From contig OX597815.1 of the NCBI GenBank assembly GCA_951406725.2, forward strand, positions 38,998,001 to 39,062,000: a DNA stretch of 64,000 nucleotides. Reading direction: 5' to 3'. The notes beneath the pieces are model-generated. The model made no database searches. It was not told the origin of the DNA and saw nothing but the letters and a program-made list of their open reading frames with translations. This DNA is from Octopus vulgaris. Its lineage: Eukaryota. Shown here piece after piece: positions 52,924 through 64,000 of the stretch. The position numbers and the translations under genes are program-made. The first letter of the stretch is position 1, and each line of letters begins with the position of its first letter.

Positions 52924-55828
52924 CTGCAAAAATGAAAATACATACAATAAGTAAAGCAAAACTCCATGATTAAAAGTAAGAATGATAAAACCCAACAATT
53001 TAAATTGTCCTCAATTTTGAAATCTTCCTATGGTACAAAATATATGAAAGCATAAATAAATAATAATAAAAAGTAAGCAACAAAAATTTCGGGTGATGAA
53101 CAACTGGAAAAATTCAATAAATGTTGGAATACATTGTTTCTGAATACAAAGCAGAAGATGCTTCAAATATATTCAATCTTAACAGCCAGAAATTATTACA
53201 ACAAGGATTAATGCATGAAGACACATTGTATAATACACATCCTCAGTAGTTTTTTTTTTTTTTTTTAATTTACATTAGCCACAAAAAGCTAGAAGTTCAG
53301 AAGGGAGAACCAGTGATAACAACATAACATCTAACAGCATATAACTACATGTTAAACCTCTTAAACTATAAAACAATGCCAACACTAAATGAAACTGAGG
53401 GTTGTACATTTCTCACTAAGCCTAACTTGATTTCTTGAAATGCTTCGGAGAATTCTACATGATAAATTTCCATTAAATTCAATAGCATTATGAAAACTAC
53501 CAAAGTTTCTGGAAATACTAAGGGCCATTGTAATGTTATGTTACGTTGTTATAGATTATACAACTAATAAATGGGTTAAGTCAAAAACAGAAGTCAGTTC
53601 ATTCATACTTAGTGACACAAGGTAACTTTAATTAAGGACTAACTTTACTGTTATGTAATTCACTTCAGAAGGAAGAAATGCTAGGCAGGATCTAACGATG
53701 CTTTGCTTTACCATACTAAATGCCGTAAAGCATGTACTCCAGCTATGCGTAACTGCACTGCTTAAAGTCAACCAACAATAGTAAGTAGCAAAGTACAACA
53801 TAAGTTTGTAACATTAGTCCCCATGTGAAAAGGGTAGCGCTGAAGTCCAGCTTCATAAAGAATATATAGCACAAGTTGGCTGGGCAGAATCCATTCTTCT
53901 CTAAATAATGTCCACATGAGAAGCTGAACTCAGTACTGAAAACTAACAAAACATTCAAAAATGTAGTCCCTGTTTGTTTGTTAGGTAGACTGATCCATTT
54001 GAGAATTACTAACCATAGCTAAGGACACAATGCAGTACTACTGTTAAGACAGGAATCACCTAATTGACTGGCTATGAAATTAGTGAACCATGCTCTGAAA
54101 GTGCATTAAAGATATACAGTTTTAGGGAAAATAACATATGCTTGAGGATTTAATTAAGAGACTAAAAATAATATTGTAGAAATAATTAAAAAATTTAAAT
54201 GGAAGTGTTCTAAAATTTCATTTTATATTTTTTCTTTTGTTTTTCTTTTTAATCAACAATAAATGGCATTTAATGATGGGTTCGGCAGTTGTATTAAGGA
54301 ATGTCTACAAGTTTCTGATGTGGATGATAGGTTGAAGAGATACTGTCATTAGGTTATAGTGAAGTTGAGAAGTTTGTTAGGCTAATAGAATAATAGAAAT
54401 ACTAGCATTAGATAGTATGTTGTTGCTTTGGTGACTGAACCCCACTACAGATGACACTGGATGAAAGAGATGTATTGTTAGGAGTTAAAAGCTAATATCA
54501 CAACTAATGGGAAACATTCTGATTGTTACAGACTGAAGAAAATAGCGACAGAAACAACATCTAGTTAGTTAGTTAGTTAGTCAAGATGAATTTCTGTTTC
54601 AGCTATGAGAACATAAAGAGTTCAAGTAAGAACAAAACATTCATGAAAGAGAAAGAGAGAATATTGATGGGGGGGGGGGATAAGATATAGACAGAAGAGA
54701 GAGTGGTAGCTGAGATAAAGAATGCAAGGGTATAGTAATTAAAATCAAAAATAGAAAAAGAAAATATGGTGCTTACATATGACCCAGTTTAAATAAACTG
54801 TAACCGTGTTGAATATATTTCATATTAATGATAGAGTTAAGTGAAGAGAATAAGAATAGGTTATTGTTGAAACAGACTGTATGATATAAAATTACTAATA
54901 AATGGCTTCAAGTGTTGTTGTTCGCTATTATTAATTAACAAAAATGAGAGAGAAGCTAAGAATAGAAATGAAGGATATAAAAACAAAAAATAAAGCCGTA
55001 ATAATTTATTCAACAAAAGGAGAAACAAAATAGAAATAATGATAATTATTGTTTGCCAGCAAAATTGTTAATAAAATTAGTTATTCTTTTACTTTAAGTG
55101 AAGAATCTTTTCTTCCACTCCTTCATGGTTTTCAGCAATTGCATTGTGGACCATCCTAGAACAACTGCATTCAAGAGATAGTTAATTGTATTTACCCCAG
55201 CTCATGATAAATAATTATATTATTGGTTTCAATATTTTGGGACAAGACCAATAAGTTCGAGGGAGCGGGTAAATCGATTACAATGAGTGCAGTGCTTAAC
55301 TGGTACAAAAGGATGAGAGGTAAAGCCAACCTCAGCAGAATTTTAACTCAGAATGTGAAGAAGGATGAAATGCCACTAAGCATATGGCTCAGCATGCAAG
55401 CAATTATGCCAGCTCGCCACTTTACTTATATCATTGACTTCAGGAATATGAAAACATATTCAACTAGGGTGGGATTTGAACTTAAACTGTGACGGGAGGC
55501 AACAAGAATGATTCAATTATATAACTTGTTAAACAAAGTAAGCTACAGAGAATTACTTACAGTAACAAAACATCTTAACATGGTTCATAAAGGTATGTAA
55601 TAGCATTGGTCATTAATTAATGTCTTAATGCTCCACAGTTTGAAGCATTTTTCAATAAAATCTTCTTATACATTTTCTAATCCATAGATTAATTTCAAAT
55701 ACTCATTTACTTTTATGCTGATAGTGATAACTTTCAGCAGTGATGACCCTTTTGTTTCATTAGGGCTAAAGTAAACTACACAGGTGCTGGTACCACAATA
55801 AAATGCACCAAATACACTCTTAAGTGGC

Positions 55829-56013
55829 TGCAAAACAAGTAGAGAAATACACTCAATAGAAATGGCTAACGAAGCAGAAACTTTTTTTTTTAATTTTCCA
55901 GATTTTAAGTCTTTCTGTTTTTGCTTTCATCCATGCATTTTGGGTATCGTTTTTGGCATTTGGTCAGCTTCATTAGCCATTTCTATTGAGTGTATTTCTC
56001 TACTTGTTTTGCA
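55829..56013. repeat. Inverted repeat (~47-bp arms) built from an inverted copy of 49425-49539
   Basis: Arms ~55829-55876 and ~55967-56013. 55895-56003 is a close reverse complement of 49425-49539. Confidence 0.8.
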
Positions 56014-56965
56014 ATAGGTTCAAAATACACTCTAGTTCATTATAATTGAAGACATGACGACCATTAATTTGTTGGTGCCATAAAATACACCTAATACTCT
56101 GTAAAATGGTTGATGTTAGGAAGGGTACCCCCACCATGGAAACCAAGCCAAACTGAAACAAATAAGCAAGATCTAATCTGTCTGTATTAAAGACTTCAAC
56201 TGTGACAATCCATATCCAACCCATGCCAACATGGAAAGCAGACACATGACAATGAAAATGATGTATATAATCCATTTATCAAGTATTATATGACACATAG
56301 AACAATACATCAAGCATTAGTTAGCTGTTTCTAACTATAACTATCAAAGAATTCAAATTTTGAAATGCAAGTGGTCTTTTTAGCTTTAGTGTATGGAATA
56401 ACTGTTATAGACACACCCTTTTCCGGGGGAAAAATCTGGAAATAAAAAAAAAAGCTTCTGCTTAAGCAAGCTATGGAACTACTGAGTTGAAGAAAATAAC
56501 TTTCATCTAAATAGATATGATAAAATACTAACACGGCACTATCTGTAGACCTTTGGAGATACTGCATTAACTTCAAACAATTTTAAGAAAAACTCAAGTG
56601 CTTCATTATTAAGTGACTAAACTCTAGGAATGTGAGATAATACAGAAAAAAATGTTTGCTTGAAGAGAACTTAACATATATAGCCATGTATTAAAAAAAA
56701 ATGCACTCCATAAAAGGATATTATCAGTTCTAAACTACTGTTTGTCTAGATTCAAATACATCTTTTACCTGATTTAGCTTAACAACAGGTTGCAATTGCT
56801 GGATAGATAAATACCAAACCTTTAACTACTAAAATGTTTTGGTGGCATTATCTTCTATCTGACTCACCAAGCAGATAGAAGTTGAAATTGAACAATAAAC
56901 AAGGACTGGATCAGAATTTAATGAATAATTTGGTCCAACAAATTATACATACACTGTTTTTATAC

Positions 56966-57130
56966 ATAGGTGCAGGTATGGTTGTAAGGCAAGAAATTTG
57001 CTTCCCAGTAACATGGTTCTGGGTTCAATCTCACAATACACCTTCAATAAGTGCCTTCTACTATAGCTGTTTGTCAACTAAAGCCTTATGAGTGGCTTTG
57101 GTAGATGGAAACTGAAAGAAGCCCATTGTT
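56966..57130 (+). mobile_element. Decayed 5' part of SINE family B
   Basis: Homology to 27555-27710. Confidence 0.7.
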
Positions 57131-59164
57131 TACATATGTGTATATATATGTGCACATGCGTTACCGTTTCCTTGCCTTGACAGTGCATGATGTTTTCTCA
57201 ACAAGGAAAGAGATTTGCTTTGCACAAGTCATTTTGTGTTAGGAGTTGGTAAATTAAAATTAGGAATTAAGACATTTTCAAATGGAAATTGGAAATAGCT
57301 AACCCATACGATTTCATGTGCAATACAACTGTACTATATCTTATAAAGAAAATTAAATTTGAGGTAAAATAATACATAAAAAAATGTCTAACTTTTCAAA
57401 AAAAAAAAAAAAATTCTATAGAAATTTTTCTAATATTCCAACAAATTAAACAATTACCATTTCAGAACAGATATGAAATTAAATACTACCAACATTCTTT
57501 TAAATATTTTTGGCATACACATGAAATTTTAACATTGCTTACCTTGAAGTTAAAAAGAAAATATTTTAGTTGTTAGTTTAAAATACTAAGAGAACTGCTG
57601 TTAAGTATTTACTATAAAGACTACAACTACTACTGTTGCTTCAATGTTAGTTTTGTCAATATAAGATTTTCCCTATTGGAAATAATATAGCTTGGAGTTA
57701 ATTTATCTCCACCAGTATTGCAAAATGTGATCATCTTGTAATAAAAATGATCCTTTCTACAATAGACATAAAGCCTAAAATTTTGGGGGAGGTGACCCCA
57801 GTACTCAGCTGGTATTTATTTTATTCATCTTGAACAGATGAGAGGCAAAAATCAACCTTGGAATTTGAAGTCAGAACACACAGCCAGAAGAACTGCCATT
57901 AAGCATTTTGTCCCATGTGCCAACAATTCTGCCAGCTCTTCACCTAGGAATATTTTAATCACTTCTCTTATATGATTTGGACATCTTAATTTGTTGCTAA
58001 ACATATTTTGCCCCATGCACTAACAATCCTGCAAGCTCACAGCCTTTCATCAATAATAATGATGAATATTAAATAATAATGGTTTCAAATTTTGGCACAA
58101 GGCCAGCAATTTCAGTGGGAGGGGTTAAGTCAATTGCATCAACCCTGAAAGGATGAAAGGCAAAGTCAAACTTGACATCATTAGAACTCAGAACATGAAA
58201 TTGAAAATGCCACCAAGCATTTTGCCCTGTGTACTAATGATTATGCCAACTTGCCATAATAATAATAATAATAAAAAGCATTCTAACTCTAGCACAAGAC
58301 CAACAACTGGGGAGAGGAGGATGCTATTCTACCAGCTTACTACCTAAATAATATTGATGAACAGTAAAAATAATACTAATAATAATTGTTTGATATCTTG
58401 GCAGGGGAGGAAAGTTCTCAGTGAGTACCTATTTTATCAACTCCGAAAGGAGGGAAGGCAAAGACGAAATCAGTGAAATTTGAACTCAGAATATAATGAA
58501 AATATGTTCAAATGATTCTGCCATCTTCCCAGCATAATAATGACGATAATAATAAATAAGTAACTATGCACTAAAAGCTGTAGAGTTTAAATAACTTGAA
58601 ACATGTTCAATTAATGTTTCATTTCATTTTAGATTAAATGAATGCACTAAATAATTTATACATCCAAATTAGACAAGGGAAGTGATTAAAATATGCAAAA
58701 TAAAATTCTAAGTCAAAATGAAAGTTTCCACAAAATATTTTGAGTAAAGAAATGAAACATTAAATATAATACACATTTAAAGACAAAATACTAATCCGAC
58801 AATGGTTAATAAGTTACCAACAGGCCAAGAACATAGCATGATGTACGATAGCTGGATGAACATAATCACAAGAAGCTGATAGATTAAATAATAACAGCAT
58901 GGATCATTTTAGAAATGAAACAACAGCTAACAGCAGAAAATAAAGAAAAAAAAACAAAGCAAGCCTAAAAATAACAAGCACAGTCTTCTTTATCTTAATA
59001 GAGAATGTAACAGTGATGAGTTCTAAATGAACTGAATCAGTGACCTAGTTTTGATGCCCAGATGGAACTAATTTAAACTATCAAAGGAAGATCCTGGCAA
59101 AAATGTATTCTCCTCTTGTAAAACTAACCAGCATCAAACTGTGTGTGTATGTGTGTGCGCACAC

Positions 59165-59610
59165 ATGCATCATGTAAGTGGGTGAACACTCCAGATACGT
59201 GTACCCTTAAAATACTTCTCAGGGAGATTCGGCAGGACACAGAATGTGACAAAGCTGCCCCTTTGAAATACAGTTACAACTCATTTTTGCCAGCTGAGTG
59301 AAGGTGCATTGCTTAGTGGTTAAGGTATTTGGTACACATTCTTAAGGTTGTGAGTTTGATTTCTGGTGGCATGTTGTGTCCTTGAGCAAGAACAGTTTAT
59401 TTCCCAATGTTCCTGTCTATTCAACTGGCAAAAATGAGTAGTACCTGTATTTCAGAGAGTCGGTCTCATCAGACTGTGTCCTGCCAAATGTCCCAGAGAA
59501 TGTGTATGTGTATCTGCGGAGTGCTCAGCCACTTGCATGTTAATTTCACAAGCAGGCTGTTTAATCGATCAGATCGATGTCATAACCTCGTCATCATAAC
59601 CAGTGCCAGT
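59165..59610. mobile_element. Two decayed family-A-like SINE copies in inverted orientation
   Basis: 59165-59300 (-) and 59302-59610 (+) both match 1560-1800. Confidence 0.7.
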
Positions 59611-62600
59611 ATGTGAGTGTGTATGAAAGAAAGTGGGGAGAAACTAAATGGAGTTGTCTATTCTTTCCTGAATTCATTAGCCATTCCTACTTTGACAAGC
59701 ATTATATAATTAGAGTTAAAATAGATTCCTGACAGCAGGAATATTCTGGTATTGGCTTCTTGGATAAACAGATATATTGCCATAAATATAGCTAATGAAT
59801 TAGGAAACTAAATCTGGTACAGTGTTCGAAGATAAAATAGAGCAAGGTTTTACTACTTCAGAGTCAAGCTTTTACCTAAAACATATCCCAGTGTCAATTT
59901 CTAGATTTCACAGCTAAATTAAAGCATTTTAATGTGAGCCAACCTAAAGTTTCCTGAATGATTTGCTTCCATATGGATAAATATGAGTGCACTTTATGCA
60001 TTTTACATTTTAAACAAGACTAATAAAAGTCAATCACAATATACACGTAAGCATAGCTAATATAAAAAAGAAGAAAAAATATCATTACACCTAACTTGCC
60101 TCAAACATGAAAATCATGCAACTATAGCCTTCAGGATTGTTTCAAATGTTAGACCTCACATTCACTGAAGATATCTCATGGTGGATGCACATCCATCACA
60201 TGGTTAGAACTGCATCTCAAAGAATAGCCCTTCCTTTCAGAACCATAGAATACTTCAGCCTCCAACTAATTCAATCTCTGATTTTCAACTAAGCTCAGGA
60301 AAGCTCTCAATAGACTAGTACTCCTACATCTAAGATGGTGCTGCTAATACATACACACAAACAATCTAGACCACATCCAGAGAAGGATCAATCCACTAAG
60401 TGGCACAAAGTTTCCCCCACAGACATGCTCTTTTCTCTTTACCTTTTCAACTACAACTACTATTACAGCCTCTGTTTTTATGCCATTTTCACTTACACAC
60501 TCCTAATTCCTTTGTCTCTCCTTCTCCTATTATCCAAAGTCTCCCCAGCCATTAATCATCACCAGAGACCCTACACTAACCAAGAAGGTGGACCAACTGC
60601 AATTCTCTTAGCACATTTTTTTTATAGATATCAACTTGTAATAGTTTACGTGATACTTTAGCAGTATCAATTTTGTTGGTCTTGGAGAGCCTGTGAAGGC
60701 CATGTAACTCCAGACCTAACACAAAAACCATTTTTGACAAGATGATGCAAGCTAAAAAGAGCATTAGCTTGTAGTTTATCCACTACTCTAATACCTGACC
60801 ATATCTGAATAAAAATAAGCAGAATTTTTACAGGTGTAGAGTGATTAAGTAACTGCTTCTCTGACCCCCGTCCCCAACCAATATTTTTTTTTCTCCAATC
60901 ACTAGTTTTCAGGAATTCAATTAACAGAACCACACCTCCACAATATAACTTGCCAAAATTTGCTAAGACTGAAAATGCATTGACTATAGAAGTGTCACCA
61001 TGCTGAGTCATTGCCTTTAAAAGCCTATCTGAGTGTGTGTGTGTGAGGAATGAGTGGGTTGAGAAAGAGAGAAAGTACTTCATCAAACCTAGAAAGATGA
61101 ACAGTAGATTTTACCAGGTGAAATTTGGAAGGTAAATAAATAAATACTACAAAGTATTTTGTCAAATATTAATAATTCTGCAGCCTACCATATATATATA
61201 TACACACACACCACACACACATGAGAGAGAAAGAGAGATATCAAAATTTCCTAAGGTTGCCTTGTTGCTTTTCTGCATTAAGAACATATAGCTGAGGTGG
61301 TCAAGTCTAAAACAATTTTGAATCATCTGCAACTATAACTGCAAGAAGAAGAAATGTCATTAGTGTTAATGAACAGCTCTCTGAAAATGGGCAAAGAAGA
61401 TAACTCCTCAAATGTTAACGGAACAAATATGAGATGGACATATGCATGGTGTACAGAGTGACTGATCATTGGCGACTATAGTGATAATTACAGAATGGAA
61501 TGAATAAATAGCTTGAAAATAGACTCTGAAAGTGAATGTAACATCACAATCAATATGAAACAGTTCAATCCGGGTGTGATACGACTTGGAGTTGGTTACA
61601 TAATTAAAATTTTCTAAATGGAACATATAGCTTAAAAGGCCTTTTTTCTCTCTCTCCACACACACACACACAAATATATATATATATAACAATTCCAAAG
61701 TAAGTGGTGTGCTCTAAACCAACAAAATTACAGAGTGAAGTTCCTGAATCTGGATAAGTTTCGATGTTGTGGGAAAAGAGGATTCTGACATTTCGTCTGA
61801 GACAAAATGTCAAAGGCATCATTACCCTCTCCTACTCATTTGGTGGGGGGGGGGGGGGAATGGCAAAAACTCAACCAAAACTTACAAACTTTACTGTAAA
61901 GGCTACCACGCAGAGCTGCAATATAATGTAATAGTTAATACAGTTGTTAAAAACTTAGTTCTAACACATATGCTAGTTTGGATATAGAATTTCTGTTGGG
62001 CATACATTCAAAATAGTATTGAAAAAATATATATATATACATATTTTAAACAAAAGCTAGAAGAATGTGTAACAAACTTTTATCTGTTAACTGTATGAAC
62101 AACTGGGAGAGCAGCCAGCTCAAACTATTAAAAATACAGCACAGATACACATTCACTATTTGTAACTTACATATGATTTTTTTGTGATACACTATTGTAA
62201 ACTTCAATTTAAAGTGAGGGCAGTCAGTTGCATTAGAATTAAGAGGCATCTACTATTCTTTGGAAAAGGACAGTAAATTTGAACTTATGACCACATAAAG
62301 ACTGTGACCTCATTGCAAATACAATTTATATATTTTATTTTATTTCCATTTTTTATTAATAAAATTAAGGATATGCCTCAAATTATATTAAAATGGAGAA
62401 AAAAATTGAGTGGCTTACATAAATAATGTTGCAACCCAGTACAGGTAGCCAATTAGAATATCTTAAGTGGCAGTAGTTTAATGAATTCTAAATTATACAC
62501 AGGAAAATCTTGTTTTTCTGGGTTTTTTAAAAATCTTTCCTTTAGTTAAAAAAAGTAACAGACTGTAAGATATGAATCCATGCCCCTGACTTTAATAATC

Positions 62601-63384
62601 TGCCCACGGAGTTCATTTTCCAGAAAAAAGAAAAAAACGAACGAGATTGCAAGATCTCAAACTCTTCCAGTTGACAGCATTTTATGGTGAAGATGATGCG
62701 CTCTGGTTGCATATGCTATGACACCATTTATAAACATAAGCCACTCTTTTGAATTGTAAGAACAGAGTTAGAGAATGTATCAAGGAGCCTTGCTATAGAA
62801 ATATATGTCACTAAATGGCAAGGATCTAATCTGATGCTATGTTAGATTTAGCAAGAATTTAAACCACTTCCTCCACTTTTCTCTCCCATTACTCCCCCTC
62901 ATCTATCATTCATTGACATTCATATTATCACCATCATGTAACTATCTAACATACACATACACTTCCTCATCCATTCTCATGTTCTACACCCTTTTGTGAC
63001 TTGCATTCTTATTTTTTTCCATCATTCTCTTGTGTTTGTTATTCCCCATTTCTCTTCTTTCCATCCTTTTAGTCATGCTATTTCTATTCAATATTTTTAC
63101 CAACAACCCTAATGTAGCTGCTTCTGGGATGTTTCTATCTAATTCCCTCATCATCAGCCAACATGTTACTATTTACACACCTCTCTCTCTCTCACTTATT
63201 ACACTTCTGCTCTGACTCTCCTTGTTCTCACCTGCTTGCTTTCCATCACCCTTACCCTCTGCTGTCTCTCCTTCCTATCCCAGCAGACTCACTAGTTTTG
63301 TCAGGGATGAAACAACCTAAGGCAGAAAAAGACTCTCTAGTCTTGTCAGAAACAAAACAATCTCTCTAGTACCAGCTACATAGG

Positions 63385-64000
63385 ATGTTCATTTAAGATT
63401 TCATCGTATACCAAAAGAAACTGTCGATGAGATGAGAGAAGTTTATGGTGATGATGTACCATCACATGATGTAATCAAGCACTGGCATTGCCAGTTCAAA
63501 TGTGGTTGGACATCGGTGGAAACTGCTCCTATTCTTGGATGACGACACCATCCATAAAGTGGAAACCACCATTTCAGAGGGTCACCGCATAACTATTCAG
63601 CAACTAGCCCAAAAAGTGAATATAAGTGAAGGGTCCATGGAAAAAATCATTCACGACCATTTGCACACACACAAGTTGTCTGCATGATGGATTCCCCAGA
63701 TACTCACACCTTTTCAGAAGCAGGAACAAGTCAATTGCTCCCAGGCTCTTTTGGCAATGTGCCAAGAAAAGGACTTTTTCAGCAGACTTACACAGGATGA
63801 AATATGGGTCCATCACTATGATCCTGACACTAAAGTCTAGTCAAAGCAATGGAAGGATGATAACTCACCACCTCCAAAGAAGGCTCATGTCCAGACCTCA
63901 ACAGGCAAGGTGATGCTCAGTCTTTTGGGACCAGCGTAGAGTAGTGATGATGGATTTTCTGGCAAAGGGCACCACAATTATTATGCCTCTCTGCTGCAGA
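63385..64000 (+). mobile_element. Degenerate mariner transposase (runs off the window)
   Basis: EVYGDDVPS...HWHCQFK, HRITIQQLAQKVNIS, KLSA*WIPQILT (WVPHEL-like), TQDEIWVHHYDP and GKVML. Confidence 0.9.

Noticed and set aside
53000-63380. Search for the preceding MYPT coiled-coil exon (ERRALERK-like)
   Set aside because: No matching minus-strand exon was seen; it probably lies beyond the window.

Overview
AT-rich, repeat-dense animal genomic DNA, not prokaryotic. The SINE/RTE/Penelope repertoire and microsatellite load suggest an octopod cephalopod (inference). Most supplied ORFs are microsatellite or transposon artefacts. Two host genes converge tail-to-tail. On the + strand, two spliced exons (28244-28415 and 31606-31742) encode a predicted 102-aa protein that is almost only one BIR (IAP) domain. 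On the - strand, exon 52837-52923 encodes the C-terminal leucine zipper of a myosin phosphatase targeting subunit (MYPT/PPP1R12), followed by a 3'UTR-like tract ending near a poly(A) signal at about 42985. The rest is a nest of LINEs (RTE, Tx1/L1, CR1-like, R4/Dong-like), three tRNA-SINE families, Helitrons, mariner, a Mutator-like element, MITEs and Penelope-like fold-backs. The most notable unexplained signal is three 24-nt stem-loops (44456, 45335, 45754) with an invariant 10-nt loop and compensatory stem changes, in the putative MYPT 3'UTR.
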